15,182 nucleotides of DNA from a virus: positions 1 through 15,182 of IMG/VR virus record IMGVR_UViG_3300028482_000024, one strand, 5' to 3'. Position numbers and translations under genes: made by a program. Positions 14,401 through 15,182 of the stretch are shown here, piece after piece (position 1 is the first letter of the stretch; every line of letters starts with the position of its first letter). The notes beneath the pieces are model-generated. The model searched no databases, was not told where the DNA came from, and worked only from the letters and a program-made list of their open reading frames with translations.

Positions 14401-15182
14401 GTTTCGCAGTAGATGCGAATCAGCCACAATATACTTTCTCCGGCGAAATTAAAAATGTTAATAATATTAATGTATCTTTTGATGGATTAAATAATAAAAC
14501 ATTTGAGGTATATTATGAGCCGATTGAGACTCAAATCACTGTTAATTACTATAAGGTTGAAGACAATGGAGATAAAACCGTATTAGCAAGTGAAATTATC
14601 GCATTGAAGGAGAAGGATTTCTATCAGGTTCCTACTTTTGGAGATTTAGTTCGTCTAAATAAATATAAGCCTGATGGTTATGAAACTAACTTTAAATATA
14701 CAGGTAGCAAGGTGTCTTTGGCTCGTGTTGTTGAGGGTTCGCCTTATAACATCGAATACACCAAAATGACCGAGGACAAAATCCCATATTCTACTACTAT
14801 TAAATACATCAAAAAAGTATTTGGTGTGCGTGAATATGAGACTATCGGCACCAAGATTTTAACATTCGACCAGAGCGATTTCCGCGATGGTGAATACATT
14901 GATTTTTACATTGATAAAAATCTGATGAAACCTGAAAAATATTACGTGGATGGCACCACTTATCAATGGTATGAAATGGATGAGCGGTTAGATAAACCTG
15001 AAAATCTAAAAGAGTCTTACACCATTATGTATTCTCCTGAACGCCAATATTTAGATGTAAATTACTACACTGATGAGGTTGATGAGGAGAACTACATCGC
15101 AGGTATGACTTGGAGCCTGGCGATTGATGAATTAGACCCTCGCTTAACTTATAGCATCGTTGATATCTTCCCTAACGAGTAT
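11403..15182 (+). CDS. Giant distal-tail protein: Dit-like N-terminal domain followed by tandem ~83-aa MucBP-like beta repeats and a central jelly-roll-like domain; 3' end beyond the window
   Basis: AAGGAGGA lies 6 nt upstream of ATG 11403. Hand translation gave 1260 codons with no stop of any kind through the window edge; the ORF is absent from the track, presumably because it has no stop in the window. The N-terminus MLINGIELSKLGVQLFD...FDDLGLMFDVSITNVGEPSRLKNGNFVVSYTLSSGYAKG fits the siphovirus distal tail protein pattern. Repeats carry V.YY ... Y-K/R-P-E/D-GY ... V.Y motifs. Confidence 0.85.
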   Translation, partial: MLINGIELSKLGVQLFDRVLYSNSIDTAQEWLDGDIQPTFIRQQDRFKTIELQFLVLSADEDEAFRRISKLTAMLKKATVKFDDLGLMFDVSITNVGEPSRLKNGNFVVSYTLSSGYAKGQREIYTTNANMTNSFKLTVAYYKNSTTLLSSETVVIRASAFDKENLGLADLGIDVNKHQPEYHNNGVATNLNGLDLTYENLQSLKVLIINYAPISYNLSVVYYMDNGQGLYNEILNRTVSFTQEGLSNYQTIGQLVGVKDYRPEGYKGKVSYTGALELNELLAHAPISVFYDKIETEMSKNIFIAYKAENDDGGFDTIQSVIINVSEAQFYDGLTLKDIISVDGYNPNPSYYNAGYIDGFASNALITYENIETAYSVIYTKAVNTVYVEYYAGTYPDWYRLSTATLQTKHLDKYDRAFNVLTDLNLDLNKYHTAPYNDGALYNQDIYQTYDDVLNAGVLQVYYTAIDYPITVNYYVGDLTATPVSETVNINALMFFGNPILSDIIPILAHRPEGYQFSENFSYNGEVSLEALTQASPIMVVYEEIEVMRSKNIIVRYKQELASAYSTITTNLITVNEADIIGGVRLKDVIALDAYRPEYYDSGIIDGASSTALMTFDTLGASYDVLYVAKSYTTPVRYYIDEIDDLHWIGSASISYRVIDFETTTTLFDFGLNLNAYKPSYAGDGVLQYTGPVIFSALLDAQSIDVLYLTETTPPDEDGIDYPHRFLFLQHNDLGSYEYLHPEWTMNHAFINTGVSAEDMSRLTVVMECARADENVPMYQVNAGYSYLFGSTGTQGSFFMRYNNQTMYGEGLTGVDTYEAKAGNYSNALVLTADSAVGFSENTGIYSSPQEGYSRATFTYSNLLATDGAPMTYPLYLFANNNYGSYSNGIAGVGIYSCRIYYNDQIIRDFIPVQFYDKIGDLVAPSNCLYDKITKTFFEDGTGLNSFNIRDDERYEDTNLQHKIGHCYVNYYKGLDFMKTVVVYFRGDEFDDGEFDLYERFAVDANQPQYTFSGEIKNVNNINVSFDGLNNKTFEVYYEPIETQITVNYYKVEDNGDKTVLASEIIALKEKDFYQVPTFGDLVRLNKYKPDGYETNFKYTGSKVSLARVVEGSPYNIEYTKMTEDKIPYSTTIKYIKKVFGVREYETIGTKILTFDQSDFRDGEYIDFYIDKNLMKPEKYYVDGTTYQWYEMDERLDKPENLKESYTIMYSPERQYLDVNYYTDEVDEENYIAGMTWSLAIDELDPRLTYSIVDIFPNEY
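11802..13556 (+). repeat. Seven tandem divergent ~83-aa protein-domain repeats, including a higher-order ~252-aa (756-nt) duplication (about 12045-12800 vs 12801-13556)
   Basis: Units begin FKLTVAYYKN, YNLSVVYYMD, SKNIFIAYKAE, NTVYVEYYAG, YPITVNYYVG, SKNIIVRYKQE and YTTPVRYYID. Units 2-4 align in order with units 5-7, for example RPEGYKGKVSYTG...SKNIFIAYK vs RPEGYQFSENFSYNG...SKNIIVRYK. Confidence 0.7.
14283..15182 (+). repeat. Second array of the same ~80-aa repeat type (at least 3.5 units, continuing past the window)
   Basis: Units begin GHCYVNYYKG, TQITVNYYKVED (with NKYKPDGYETNFKYTG), YSTTIKYIKK and YLDVNYYTDE. Confidence 0.65.

Noticed and set aside
1-15182. TGA reassignment (code 4), or selenocysteine/pyrrolysine insertion, as the explanation
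   Set aside because: No gene needs TGA read-through, and TGA functions as a stop three times. TAG occurs far too often, at poorly conserved surface-like positions, for a specialised Sec/Pyl mechanism.

Overview
The window is a densely packed, single-strand (+) late/structural operon of a tailed phage. Gene order matches SPP1-type siphoviruses. AGGAGG-type ribosome-binding sites and low GC suggest a low-GC Gram-positive host. The order is: terminase large subunit (5' truncated), portal, small membrane protein, Mu-F/gp7-like head morphogenesis protein, scaffold, major capsid protein, intrinsic terminator, head-tail connector, head closure protein, a ~3.2 kb block of fibre-like genes (two collagen-like proteins, each followed by a putative tip protein), HK97-gp10-like protein, tail terminator-like protein, TP901-1-type major tail protein, tail assembly chaperone, a 56-aa ORF, and a >1260-aa Dit-like repeat protein that runs off the 3' edge. 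The main observation is that the standard-code ORF track fragments eight of these genes at TAG codons only. Reading 27 in-frame TAGs as sense restores full-length proteins with conserved family motifs on both sides of the TAGs. No gene here terminates with TAG (17 TAA, 3 TGA). This is the signature of amber stop-codon reassignment, as in published code-15-type (TAG to Gln) recoded phages. The TAGs are unevenly distributed: all 27 lie before 9.5 kb, and none occur in scaffold, capsid, tail tube, chaperone or the giant distal-tail ORF. Other points are a duplicated collagen-stalk plus tip cassette inside the head-tail joining module, no tape measure gene at its canonical position, and a tail-completion protein with a glycine-rich transmembrane tail. 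No tRNA, CRISPR array, integrase or transposase is visible. All homology statements come from reading motifs by eye, not from searches.
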